Origin: Eledone cirrhosa
Lineage: Eukaryota
DNA: 64,000 bases
Direction of reading: 5' to 3'
Assembly: GCA_964016885.1 (NCBI GenBank)
Contig: OZ024742.1
Span: 128,092,001 to 128,156,000 of the forward strand
Made by a program: the position numbers and the translations under genes. Below, in pieces: positions 1 through 13,136 of the stretch (its first letter is position 1; each line of letters begins with the position of its first letter). The notes beneath the pieces are model-generated. The model was not told where the DNA came from. It saw nothing but the letters and a program-made list of their open reading frames with translations, and did no database searches.

Positions 1-200
1 AAAATAAACATAACTTTTTGTTATTATAGAACATAATCTTCTCCTCCCAAGTTTTTCTCTTAACTGTGCTTTGTCATTCATACAACATTAAATGTTACCT
101 ATCCAACATAGCATGCTTTCTTAATTTATTTTCAGCCTATGCAAATCATTTGCATTTAGTACATACAGCTCTCTACCAAGCAACAATACACTGAGTACAC

Positions 201-355
201 AGGTGTCATACAATCTACTCGTCTTCAAACAGATAATCTGTTAGTTGCCAGATGTCATACAATCTACCCTTCCTCAAACAAAGAATCTGTTAGTTGCCAG
301 GTGTACACAGGTGTCATACAGTCTACTCTTCCTCAGAGAATCTCTTAGTTGCCAG
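201..355 (+). repeat. ~50-bp tandem repeat, 3 degenerate copies
   Basis: Unit ggtgtcatacaatctac...aatctgttagttgccag recurs at ~201, ~251 and ~311. Confidence 0.8.
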
Positions 356-720
356 TAGAGCATTCAGAACTTTTTCAATTGTTCTTATTCTGGCTACTAT
401 GCTTTTAGAGTACCCCCACTCCACTGCTATATAAAAAAAACAAAACAAACTATTTTGGCTAATTAGTCAGGAATTTCATAAAATATTTATGAATAATTTG
501 TAACCATTAATATATTTTGGAGAAGTATGCCATTATTAACAAAATAAAAAAATTACTTGTAATCTCTGTGTATCCAGAAAAAAAAGATAGATTTAAAAAG
601 ATTTTCTCTAATTTGCCCCCTAAATTACAAATTTTAGGCTTGAAATACTTTATAGTTAATTTTTCATTAAAAAAAAAATCTAAGCAGACTTTTGAGAATA
701 TTTGAATTAAACATACTAAC

Positions 721-790
721 TATTTGAAAGCTTGAACTACACAAGCCACTGTTAAAGCAGGAGTGCTTTCTGAAGCAGCAGGTGAACTTT
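721..790 (-). CDS. FKBP15: FKBP15 coding exon 3
   Basis: Minus-strand acceptor ttttctctctttccatag and donor gttagt; 70 nt in phase with exon 2; encodes (E)SSPAASESTPALTVACVVQAFK(Y), similar to vertebrate FKBP15 ...STPTILVATAVHAYRY as recalled. Confidence 0.85.
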
Positions 791-951
791 CTATGGAAAG
801 AGAGAAAAAAAACATGTTTAGATGATTTAGCAAATTGATGGAATACATCTATGATAATCAACATTATTAGTAGATTGTAATCTACAAATTAACAAATATA
901 TTTCTTCACATTGAGTAATTCTACAAAGATAAGATAAAACTGGTAACTAAC

Positions 952-1046
952 CTTTTTTGGGTTGTTTTGGAGCTGTGTACGTGAGGCTTTCATTTCCTCC
1001 CTTATTTGATTGTTTATCAATATCAAATAAGTTTGCCAATTTAGAT
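952..1046 (-). CDS. FKBP15: FKBP15 coding exon 2
   Basis: Acceptor tttttattacag, donor gttagt; encodes SKLANLFDIDKQSNKGGNESLTYTAPKQPKK, containing the FKBP15 signature LAxLF...GNE...YTAPKQPKK. Confidence 0.92.
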
Positions 1047-1269
1047 CTGTAATAAAAATAAGAATGATAACAATGACAGATATAGCATAAGAAAGAGCAA
1101 AACAAATTAACAATTATCTATATTAAAGCTGGTGTATATATCTTGTAAAAAGTCTGTCATGCTCGAAAGGGGATAGTGAAAGAGAGGAGACAGGATAGTC
1201 ACAGTTGGAATACCTTTGATTATAGGTATGCATAATCAGATATTACATGAGGTTACAGAAATTTCAGTA

Positions 1270-1706
1270 ATAATTGTTTCTACTTTTGGCATTACTGGTA
1301 CTTTATTTTATCGACCTCATAAGGATGAAAAGCAAAGCTAACCTTGGTGGGATTTGAACTCAGAATGGAAAAGGCTGTAACTCTATGTGTCAAAGCATGG
1401 CGTCCGACCCTCTACTGATACTGCCAATCCAATGGCAGAGAGAGAAATGGGAATGGTAGTCACAGCTAGAAAAGGACCACAAAAGGGAAGAGTATTCTCA
1501 TTGCTGTTGCAAGCCAGACAACATTAATGGCAGTATCGGTAGAGGGTTGGACGCCATGCTTTCTAGCATAGTTACGTCCCTTTACAGTCTGAGTTCAAAT
1601 CCCGCCGAGGTTAACTTTGCCTTTCATCCTTACGTTGTCGATAAAATAAAGTACCAGTAATGTACTGGGTAATTGCTGGCCTTGTGCCTAAAGTAGAAAC
1701 AATTAA
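1270..1706. mobile_element. two copies of tRNA-derived SINE family A in opposite orientation (~1270-1430 minus, ~1527-1706 plus)
   Basis: B-box-like gagttcaaatccc, core gccgaggttaactttgcctttcatcc...gtcgataaaataaagtaccag, and tail ggccttgtgcc...tagaaacaatta. Confidence 0.85.
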
Positions 1707-2954
1707 TCTTCTAATAAATGATCAACAAGATCTGACCTCATTGGCTTACTGTATGGGGTGGAACTCGTCAAATTGGACTAAGGAAAGAACATTCCCATTG
1801 TTGATACTATCTACCAGGTGCAACTCCTGGTAGAAAGAATAATGTGAAATAAAATGTCTTGCTCAAGGACATAACACATCTCTCAATCCGGGAATCGAAC
1901 TCACAATTACAAATCCAATTCTCTAACAACTAAGTCTTGTGCCTTCACAATTTACATGCCATGTAAAATAAACAATAACAGCAACAGTAGCAAGAGAAAT
2001 AATATTGGTATAACTTGGAAGTGTATTATTGCATTGTTGTATAACCCCAGTTAGACGCAGTAAACAATCTGGGAATGTCTGTTTATTATCTAATCTTTCT
2101 TATTGAGTCCAGTAGATGTTGTAGTGATTGCAGCAACGATAAACAATGAGATTTAGATAATTGGCAAACAGCTCAAAATATAGGCTTAGATATATATTTT
2201 TGTTTTTGGCTTGATTAGATTTTAGGACAATATTATAATTGGGCTTTAGCTGTTATGTTGTTAATCAGTCACGTATTTGTAAAATAACTGCATGGATTAC
2301 AACAGATTGCTGCCACAAATTGTACTAAAATGAGTAATTTAACCCTTTAGCATTTAAACCAGCCATATCCACCTCTTTCTGTTCAAACCGGCTGTAACTG
2401 GTCACTCAAACTGATGTTAAGGTATTGTTCTCAAAATAAATAATATCAAAATCTCATAGAATCAATATTATGTGAGACAAAGCCTTAACTGTGATAATAC
2501 AATAGTATATATAGAGTAATTAAATGCTAAAGGGTTAAGAATTTAGAGTACTGTGTATGTATATTACAGATAATGGTATAAAAAAAAGATTTTAAAGTGT
2601 GTTGCAAAAAAGTTACTGTAAAACCTCAGATGAGCTTTTATTAAGCAGATCTAGAGCAAACAAATATTTAGTTGAATTACTAGGTATGACTCACTATATA
2701 TTGTTCCAGATATATTGCAGAAAAAAATGGGAGCCCATTTAGAACTATCACATTGCATGATAAACTTGATAAACTTTTACAAACAATTGTCCTATTTTCT
2801 TTATTTGAGGTTAAAGATAATACCATTAAGAGTGTGTAGTTATCTATATATTTTGGTTATTGTGTAAAAGATATTATTAATGTATAGCATATGACAACTT
2901 TAAAAAAATAAAAGAATGACTAATTGATTAAATAAATAATGTATTACTAATAAG

Positions 2955-3290
2955 GGTAAAGACCCCCTTTGATCATGAATGACTGAGATTTGAAACTAGA
3001 ACATTCCCCTCTGAGACACAAGTCTGGGCAAGGTTGTTTGTGGAAGACCAGCAGTCACCCATGCATATCCAGTCTCTCCTCTCCACCAATGTTGTCCAAG
3101 GGAAAGACAATTGTCGATACAGCTTGACACCAGTGATGTCGCAATTCATTTCTACAGATGAGTGAACTGGATCAACGTGAAATAACGTGTCTTGCTCAAG
3201 AACACAACACAAAGCTCGGTTCGAGAACCAAACTCAAAACCTCATGATTGTAAGCCCGATGCTCTAACCACTAAGCCATGCACCATCACG
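2955..3290 (-). mobile_element. tRNA-headed CORE-type SINE (family B)
   Basis: Reverse complement reads gtgcatggcttagtggttagagc...gagtttgg...tgtgttcttgagcaagacac; related to copies at ~24720 and ~27190. Confidence 0.75.
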
Positions 3291-3379
3291 TATTATTAGT
3301 ATTTATATCATAAATCCCAATGTACACCAATTACTAATATTTATATCATTTTGGTGGGAGGGGAGATGAAAAAGCTAAC

Positions 3380-3757
3380 ACCAGTAAAAGAATTGAGAGA
3401 GAAACTGAGCATAAGGGACAGATGCAGTGTACAGGAGAGAAGATTACAGTAATATGGACCTGTGATGTGTATGGAAGATGACAGCTGTATAAAACAAAAA
3501 GCACCCAATCCACTCTATTAGGTGGTCATGTTGGTGCAACGACAAAAGTGCACCCAGTCAACTCTGTAAGGTGGTTGTGGTGCTACAATAAAAGTTTTAC
3601 ATGCTGTACTGTGGTTGGCGTTAAGGGCATTCAGCTGTAGAAAGCCAAACCAAAAACAGCCTGTATGAACAAGACATGGTCACCTGACCTGTTTGGCCTT
3701 GTAACATGACAATCTGTGTAAGCATGGAAAATAGGCATTAAACAGTGATGATGATGG
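3380..3757 (+). mobile_element. degenerate RTE LINE 3' fragment
   Basis: ELREKLSIR...QERRL..YG.VM-like remnant, followed by the RTE 3' UTR (ggttggcgttaagggcattcagctgtagaa) and a (GAT)n tail as in the longer RTE copies. Confidence 0.7.
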
Positions 3758-6239
3758 CCCTGATTTAGATGCAATAAAGCTTTTAGACAAATTGATGTGG
3801 CTATCTCATAACTATATTATACACAGACCAGCATGGCAAGAGTGACAATCAATTGAAAGAACTATGGAACTAAAGAACATTAAAAACACTACCAACAAAA
3901 ACTGAAGGGGATAATGAATTCAACAAGCTTGTTATAGGAGATAAGCCAGAAATATTTAAGAGCTATTTAAAGTGTGTGGTGGAGGATGAGCCACCAAGGA
4001 CAGCATTCTTTGCAATTACATAGCTCATTTTTACATCATATCTGCTCAATACAACCATCAACCTATTATTCAGCACAATGATAGAGAGGAACTATTGTTA
4101 TAAGAGTAATTGTCATCTGACATGTATAGCAGATCATTTCAGAGTATATGCGTGTGTGCTGCCATTACTGTAGTAGTGTAAAACTTAGCAACAGATTAGA
4201 CAAATCTGTTGGTAGTTTTAATTACAGCTGTTATCTTTTCAAGGCAGTTAATCAAAGAGATTACAAGAAATTTTTTAAAAGTACTTTTAAGATAAATGCG
4301 TTCTAATTAAAATTTACATGGTATTGGGTTAAACTATAAAGAAAACAGTTCCCATGTAACAAGAAAGGAGTTCCCATTGTTGAGTAGTAGCAGTCAGCTT
4401 TATTCATGATCAGAGGAAGTCAATCAGATATACAAAGCAGTACACAGATTTTTACACACCAGATACTCAGTATTTCAGTCTGTAAGCTCTTCCATACATT
4501 CTTTAAACTATGTAGTGTGGAGTTAGCCCAGGTATGCTGTTACCTATTTTGTCACCAAACCTCTTGGTATAAATTGAGATGCTGGTGATGATTTTCATGT
4601 TAGTGACAAACAAAATGGACATAGTAGTGTAGTAACAGTTTATTGGCAGTGTGCGTGCGTGCATGCATATTACGTACGTGCATGTATGTACATAAGTATT
4701 CAGAAATGCCAATGGTTGAATATGATCAATTCCTTGCATTAAATTCGACGTAGTAAATGTGGTAGAAAATTTTTCAATAAGTCAGGGTGTACAAGGCATT
4801 AAAAAATACATAATCATGGTCTGGATCTGACTGAAGAAGCGAATCATAGAAGGAGTGAATTCTAATGTATTTTATGCAATAAAACTTTAAAAACCACTGT
4901 AAGACTCACAACTAGAAATGTCCAAGACATACAGTATGTCTTGGACATTTCAAAACTTGGCAGAGCCCATCCTTTCTCCATGTCTGAACACAGCTAATAT
5001 CTTCCAGAGATGGGGAGAGAAAGTGATAGAGAGGATGTGAGAAAGAGATAAAGGAAGAATTGACTCCAATACTGGACTTTATTGACCTCGAAAAGATGAA
5101 AGGTAAAGTTGACCATGGTAGGTTTTGAATTCAGAGTGCAGAAAGCCAGAAAAATACTGCAAACCATTCTATCCAATGTTCTGATGACCCTGCATATGTA
5201 TTTGTTAGGACTGGGTACAATAAGAAAGTATTTTTGCTATAGTATCCTGCTGTTGTGAGCCAGATGAGAGAGAGAGAGAGAATGTGTGTGGTGTGAAAGA
5301 GAGAGAAGCAAGTGTCATCATCTTCATTTCATTTTACGTCCGCTTTTCCCTGCTTGCAAGGGTGGGACGGGAATCGATTCTGGCTTGATTTCTACAGCTG
5401 GATGCCCTTCCTAACACCAACCTCATTTACACTGAGTGCTTTTTTCCCGTGGCGCTTACACGTCTACATTACAGTGTGGGATAGGTGCTTTTTTGTTATG
5501 GCACCTCCACAACCACTTTGCAGTGGAATGATAGAGACCCCAGTCCCTATCATCTCATTTCTACAGCTGAGTAAACTGGAGCAATGTGAAATAAAGTGTC
5601 TTGCTCAAGGAAACAACACATCACCCGGTCTGAGAATTGAACTCAAAACCTTTCGATTGCAAGGCCAATGCTCTAACCACTAAGCCATGTGCCTCCATGC
5701 AAGTGTACATGCAGATATAAATGAAGGCAAGGTTGAACTTGCTGAAAATATTTTTGAAATATCCACTTATTGGCAAAATTAAATGGCTTTTGATTATTAA
5801 AACCCTAATCTTTTTAATACCAAAGATTTCTACTATCAAGTACGCAAACCAATGGGAAGGCCTTTACATGATCGATCACTTGGTAGAACTAGCCTAATTC
5901 CCTCAAATCACATCCTACCAGTTTAAAAAAGAAAAGACCTATTAAAGTGGTCCAAATATACAAAAATGAGGTGGTCACAGCTGGAATAACTTTCATGATT
6001 GGTCTGCTCAATCATCAATGACATGGGCTTAACAACAACTATTAACTCTATGTACTTGTAAATCTTTTACCTTCCACACCTTGTATACCAAAGATGTGCT
6101 GGTATTTTATAGTTTAGTTTTAGAAGCACAGGTCTAGATAAAGTAAATTTGATCAAAATATTTATTTTCAGCAATTATACCCACCAAACAATTATTTTCC
6201 TATCCTATGCAACCATGGAAAATTTACATTAAATGATAA

Positions 6240-6995
6240 TAATTGTTTCTATTTTGGGCACAAGGTCAGCAATTATCCCAGTACATTACTGGTACTTTAT
6301 TTTATCGACCCTGTAGGATGAATGGCAAAGTTAACCTCGGCAGGATTTGAACTCAGACCGTAAAGGGGCGTAACTCTATGCTATAAAGCATGGCGTCTGA
6401 CCCTGTACTGATACTGTCAATCCACTACACTTAAATGATAATAATTGTTTCTACTTTAACCACAAGGCCAGCAATTACCCAGTACATTACTGGTACTTTA
6501 TTTTATCGACTCCGTAAGGATGAAAGGCAAAGTCAACCTCGGCGGGATTTGAACTCAGATCGTAATGGGACGTAACTATGCTGGAAAGCATGGCGTCCGA
6601 CCCTCTACCGATAATAGGCACAATGACAGTAATTTTGGGGAGGGGAAAGTCGATTAAATCGACCCTAGTGCATGACTGGTACTTTATTTTATTGACCTCG
6701 TAAGGATGAAAAGCAAAGTTAACCTCGGCGGGATTTGAACTCAGACCGTAAAGGGGAGTAACTCCATGCTATAAAGCATGGCTAACCCTTTACTGATACT
6801 GCCAATCCACTGCACAATTGTTTCTACTTTTGGCACAAGGTCAGCAATTACCCCAGTGCGTTACTGGTACTTCATTTTATCGACCCCGTAAGGATGAAAG
6901 GCAAAATTAACCTCGGCGGGATTTGAACTCAGACCATAAAAGGCTGTAACTCTTTGCTGCAAAGCATGGCGTCAGACCCTCTACCGATACTGTCA
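6240..6995 (-). mobile_element. head-to-tail cluster of four family A SINEs
   Basis: Core aaagttaacctcggcgggatttgaactcag repeated at ~6330, ~6530, ~6715 and ~6905. Confidence 0.9.
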
Positions 6996-9900
6996 TGCTG
7001 AGTTATATGCAGCAAGTAACTTACTATATAGGTCAAAATGTGCTATCTAATGCAAGTCATTAACATTGCGCCCATTCACACATATATTGGACTGACCTAG
7101 TGTATATATATATAACCGAGTTTGTAGTACATGTTTACTATATATAAAAGATTATATTTTTTTTCATTTAGGGTGTTTAGTTGAGATACTATTCTAAGAT
7201 GAAAAATAACAACAAATACTAGTTTGCTAGTGAAAAAAAATGGTACCTTTATACTGCTATTTTTAATTACAATTTTATGTTTATCAACATTTTACTCACA
7301 AGAACAAAAAAAAAATTTTTTTATCATGGCCTGAGATTAGTGGGAGAGGGAGGAAGTACCGTCTAACTGGAAACATTGCCTAAATGCACTTGCAACAGAG
7401 TGGGCTTTGCTAAAGGCATCCAAGGGTCAGATGGTAGTGTTAAACTGGAAAACAGATTTAGTCACCCTTCCCTAGAGACTACAGAAGGATTTAAATCTAG
7501 AACAAATACTGAAAGGCATCCTCTCCATTGCTCTGATGATTCCACCAGTCTACCTCATTTGACTGCTACTTTACTAATTGCAGAAGTATGAAAGATAGAG
7601 TTGACCTCAGCAGCATATTAAATCAGTATGCATTTAGAATAAATACTACAAGGTATTTTTTTTTTGCTTTAATGTTTGCCAACTCGTAGACAACCCATTT
7701 TTTCTTATGGTTATTGTATTTTTATCATTCTTTAGTATCTAAATTAAAAAACAACAACAAAACATTAAGAGTGCTAGGGAGCAGATTTCTACTGACTCAC
7801 AAAATTTATGTCAATCAAGTAGTGCTTTGCACCTTTCAGGCCACAATCAACATGACATTATTAACCTTTTTGTTAAAGCACCAGTAATGCACTGGGATAA
7901 TTGCTGGCCTAGTGCCAAAAGTAGAAACAATTATTAACCTTTTTGTTACAATAGAAATATGCTAATGAAAGGGTTAAAATTCCCATCACATCTTCAGTTA
8001 CCCTATATACTTGTATGCAAGCTGAGAAATATGTGACAAAAAAAAAAAAAATTTTGATGGTAAAATGGGGTGTCAGCTTATATTTGAGGACAATATTTTG
8101 CCAATTTTCACCAACTCTGAAATATTTTCTAAATCATTACACGATGTTAAGGGTTATAGAAAGCATTCATATAGTTGTGTGTGTGTGTGTGTGTGTCATA
8201 TGGCAGTTAAGTTTGCAAATTAACACCTAAATGTTTTGTGTAACTAGTTAACCTTGATTAAGTAGGTAGTGAGTTGAATGATGAGATACAATCCACAGAA
8301 CTATCTTGTCAGTTATACTGTATCTGTTTAGTTGAGCATCAAATTGGACACTCTGCTATGCAGAGATAAATATGGGGTGCAACATATTGCACTCACTCTA
8401 CTGTCTAGTCTATTCCTGTATGCCCATAGATTTTGGTGGTGTCCACAGCAGAGACAGGCAAGATGTTCTTCACTTACTATAAGTGGTGTGAATTCCAGCA
8501 GTGTTTGGAGTCAATAAAGCAGTCAATATTGCACCTATTTTCTATGTGTGTATTCTTTGTCTGGGCTGAGTGGGAGAGGTAGAGTTTTTGGGATGCTGTT
8601 GTAAATGGATGTAGCCTGCCTGAATATTCAAGAAATTTGCTTTACAATCACAAGGTCAAGTATTTGATCTCATTGTGTGGCATCTTAAGCAAATGTCAGA
8701 TTGATTCAAGCTTTGTGGGTGAAATTCAGCAGATAGAAACTATGTGGAAGCCTGTTAGTTGAGCAGAAATTGTAATTGAAAGAACTAGCCTTTTCATAGA
8801 ATGTATCATGATGATTCTGTCTATTGATTATATTAAGGCTACATGTATCAGTGGAATACTCAACTACTTACAAGATAATTCAATAAGGTAGTTCAGGTAT
8901 TTACTGTAATAGCACTCTGGGTTGTTTTATAAGTGTCTGGGTGTTTGGAAGTGGAATATCATGTAGTAACAGGGATTGTGGGTGTTTTGAAGCTTATTGC
9001 TGCAACAAACTATGCCCCTTGCATGTCTCAATATGTGTAGTTATTCATTTTTAGTATTTGCTTTGTTGTGTAGATGGTCAGTGGATGTGGTCTGTAAACA
9101 ACCTTCGTCCATGTTATTGAACTCAATAGTTTGTGAAAAAAGAAATTGGTTTCATTCACTGTTAATAGATAACATGCATTAATATCTGACACTCTTCTAT
9201 TATAAGTTAGCATGAAACCCTTTTCTCTAAATAAATGGTCAAGAGGACTTTTCAGTTATGTCAAAGACATGACAACCTAGTGCTAATGCCCCGCGCACCC
9301 TGCAGAAATATAAGTAAGCGAGTGCAACCCTCAGCCTGTCTGAGAGGTCAGTAGCAACAGCTAACAGGGAAAACGGATGTTAAATGATGATGATGATAAT
9401 CATCATCATAACAGAGGTGTGTGTGTATGAGAGAGAGAATTGGGAAAGATATAACAAAGTCAACATTTGTCATGAAATAGTGAGTGAAAGAATTCATCAT
9501 GAGTAATGACAGGAATATTGTTTAGGAATAGGGGTTGAGTTGGTTCATTGTTAGAAAACAATTTGGTATTTGGCAACCAAATAGGCAGTGAAAAACAGAA
9601 GCCAACATCAAAAACACAGTCCTTCTGCATGTCATACAGTTTAATAAGCGGAATGAAATTTTATATCACTAGCGTCCATTTTTCTATGCTTGCATGGGTT
9701 AGATAGGTCGTCCGTGCCAGGAGGCAAGTCTCACCGGAGTTTGCCATGTCACACCTTGCTTCAACTGTAAATTTGGCTGGGTATTTTACAGCTGAATGCC
9801 CTTCCTAACACCAACCACATTTACAATGTGGAACTGGATGGCTGTTATGAGGAAGGACAAGCCAGTTGATCGTGCCGAACCCATCTCACAATGGAACCAT

Positions 9901-10637
9901 AGTTTTGGAGTCTGACCCATCTCACAATGGAACCATAGTTTTGGAGCTCAGTACTGGATGGCATGGATACGAGGACCCTAACCCATCTCACAGCATATCC
10001 AGAGTTTTAGGGCCCAGTAATGGATAGCACCACCCTGTGGAGAGGCAGGCCAGTCGGCTGCACCAAACCCATCTCACAACGTTAACTCCTGGGGCTTGGG
10101 ACTGGATGACACCGCTATGAGGAGAGACAGGTGCAGAACCACAGTTTGGATGGCACCACTAATAATCAATATTCAGAAACACGTGTCTGATATTTTCAAT
10201 GGCTGCTGAGATAGCTGTGACATGATCGCTGCTTAAAACATTTGTAGCGAAAATCTTGTATGTTATAAACATATATATGCCTTCATAACCATCTCATTAG
10301 TGGTACCGCTAATTAATCATATATACATTTACATTTGATGTTATTTCAGTCAAATTCTCAAAATAACAAAAAGACACATGGTTGTGAAGCAAACCACTTT
10401 ACCATACAGCCATGCCTGTACATCATCATCAGTTTACATCCGTTGTGCCCTGCTTGCATGGGTTGGGCAGCATTTCTCCACTTGTCATCTCCTCCCTGAG
10501 TTTCAGCAATATGAGATTAGCTCTCTTCTACAATACAGGTCTCCTCATTTGCACAATATATCTCATTCCTCTTATACCCAGTTTCTCTCTCAGTTCATCC
10601 ATGCTTTGTGCACACACTCACACACACACACACATAT

Positions 10638-12760
10638 ATCATCATCATCATTTTACGTCCGCTTTTCCCTGCTTGCAAGGTTGGGGCAGGTCCTATTGAG
10701 CACAGCATCTCTCCACTTGTCACGGTCCTTCGTCATCTCCACCGTGAGCTTCAGCGATCTGAGGCCTGCTCTCACCACCTCCGCCCATGTTTTTTGTGGT
10801 CTTCCTCTACTATGTCTCTTCCTTCAACTGGCATTTCTTGGCACTTCTTCACCCATCGGTCATCCTCCATGCACATCACATGTCCATACCATCGCAGTCT
10901 CCTCTCCCGCACAGTTTCTCTCTCAACCTATCCATGCACGGCTATTCACACGCATTGACATTGCACATCCAACGGAGCATGCTTGCCTCATTTCTCTCCA
11001 GCCATCGCATATCCTCTGCAGTTGCTGCCCATGTCTCACTACCATGCAGCATCGCGCACCTCAAACAGGCATCATATAACCGGCCTTTCGTATGCAGGGA
11101 GAAACCCTTCTTCATCAGCAGCTCCCTAAACTTCTTTCAATCCATCCTTATTCTAGATACTATGGCCTCGGAACACCCTCCTCCCATACTAATCTGATCA
11201 CCTAGGTACCGGAATCTATCAACCACTTCTATAGCACCCACCTGCATTTGAAAAATATGTCTATCAATGCGACTTCTACTGTCAAATTTCCCTGTACATC
11301 TACTGCATACGTATTTCTCCCTACCTGTTAGTTTGCCTGCTATCCTACTACATCTCTTGTGTACCCAAAATCTGCATTGTGTACATTTTATAGAATTTAT
11401 GCCAGTTCCTTTTCTGCACATCTTTTCTACTCAACACTTTTGTCTAAGCTAGGTTCACTCTTAGTCCTCTTGATTCCAACTGCTGTTTCCATAGCCAGAA
11501 TTTATTCTCCAGCTCCTCTACTGATTCTGCTATAAGAACCAGATCATCAGCATAGAGAAGTTCTCATGGACAGCCAGTCTTAAACTCCTCTGTTATGGCT
11601 TGGAGGACTATAATGAACAAGAGCGGGCTGAGGTCCAAAACCTGATGTACTCCTATTTGTATCTGGGATTCCTCACTAAACTCCATTCCTACCCTCACTT
11701 TACTAACAGAACCTCTGTACAAAGCTTGCACTGTCCTCACAAGCCATTCCTCAACACCGAGCTTCCTTAGGGACCACCAGATGACAGATCGGGATACTCT
11801 ATCAAAGGCCTTCTCTAGGTCAACAAGCTAAGAAGTGGGCATCTGTTGTACTTTTCCCAGGCACAAAACCAAACTACATCTCATCTAGTTTGACCCTTTC
11901 TTTAATTAGTTGTGCTAATATCCTTTCTGCCACTTTCGTAACCTGATCCATCAGTTTTATACCCCTATAATTGCTCCTCTCCAGAGCATCCCCTTTACCT
12001 TTGTAGCAATTTATGAGAATACTGCTGCACCAGTCTTTGGGTATGACATCACCATATATAGCCTGATTGATGATGCGTGCAACTAGTTTAGTGCCTACGT
12101 CCCCTGATGCCTTCAGCATCTCAGCAACTATTCCCGATGGTCCAGCAGCCTTACCATTTTTCATTTCCTTAATCGCCTCTTGGACCCTATATTCTTCAAT
12201 CTCAATAGCTGGTCCCTCTGTCGGATCTACTGAGGGTAATTTCTATCTCTCTCCCATTCGTTCTCCACATTCATCAGTCTCTCATAATGACATTTCCAGG
12301 TCTCCTTTTTCTGATCATTCGTGACACTAAGTACACTGGCATCATTCCGGACACATCTCCAACAACATCCTGATTTGCACTGACACACTGCAATGTGGAA
12401 CACCACACGTCTCTGATCTTCCCGTCGCAGAACATTGGCAAACCTCCTACTCTCAGCCTCCCTGCGTGCTAAGTACACCTGACGTTTAGTTTCTCTCTTA
12501 GCGGCTGTATATCCTTCTCTACTCCCACCAATTTTTGCAAGCATTCCATGCTAGTCTTTTGTCTCTAATGGCCTTATCTACCGTGCTGTTCCACCACCAG
12601 GTCACTCTCTGTCTGATTGGAGCTCTGCTCCAGCCACAAGTTTCTTCACTAGCCTGCAGTAAGTTGTCACGTAAGAAATTCCAGTTATCATCTATGTCAT
12701 ACGACTCTAAATCGTCTTCTTTTTCAACATACACATCTTGAAGGGCTTTCCTAAATTTGT
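10638..12760 (-). mobile_element. RTE-clade LINE, 5'-truncated and frameshifted
   Basis: ORF pieces KNGKAAGPSG...KGKGDALERSNYRGIKLMDQ, LLYADDLVL, CxxCRFWVHKRC and VDRFRYLGD; (GAT)n tail at ~10638. Confidence 0.92.
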
Positions 12761-12849
12761 ATTTATATATATATATATAAATACCTTAATGCTTTTTATG
12801 TTATTATTGGGTCACCAACTTGAACACACACTGTTTTAGTAAATGTATA

Positions 12850-13050
12850 GCATTTCATGATTGATCAGGCCTGACTCTCAATAGCTCATCAGACTTGTGA
12901 TTTCCTTAATGATGGGAGATATCTGCGTACAGTTTTCTTATGAGAAATATCTCCCATCATTAGGGAAACCACGAGTCTGGTGAGCTATTGATTCCAGGGT
13001 TGGACCCGATCGATACGGATCGTACCTTGAACTGATCAATCGTAAAACAT
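12850..13050. repeat. fold-back inverted repeat with degenerate hammerhead-like cores
   Basis: ~45-bp arms spanning 12878-12991 plus outer arms tttcatgattgatcag/ctgatcaatcgtaaaa; CTGATGA on minus and CTGGTGA on plus. Confidence 0.6.
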
Positions 13051-13136
13051 GTGTCACACCTGAATAAACTTAATCTGGTCATTTGACACCTTGTTACTAC
13101 TCTCTCTCTCTCTCTCTGTATATATATATATATATA

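Noticed and set aside
6240-6995. Regularly spaced repeats as a CRISPR-like array or tRNA gene cluster
   Set aside because: The units are ~190-bp SINE copies with no unique spacers and no cloverleaf.
5181-7545. CTGATGA at ~5181 and ~7533 as hammerheads
   Set aside because: No GAAA/NUH or stems; they lie in decayed SINE heads.
10200-10250. ctgagatagc...gcttaaaacatttgta hammerhead-like pattern (similar case at ~30848)
   Set aside because: Both cores are mutated and there is no stem I; indistinguishable from chance.
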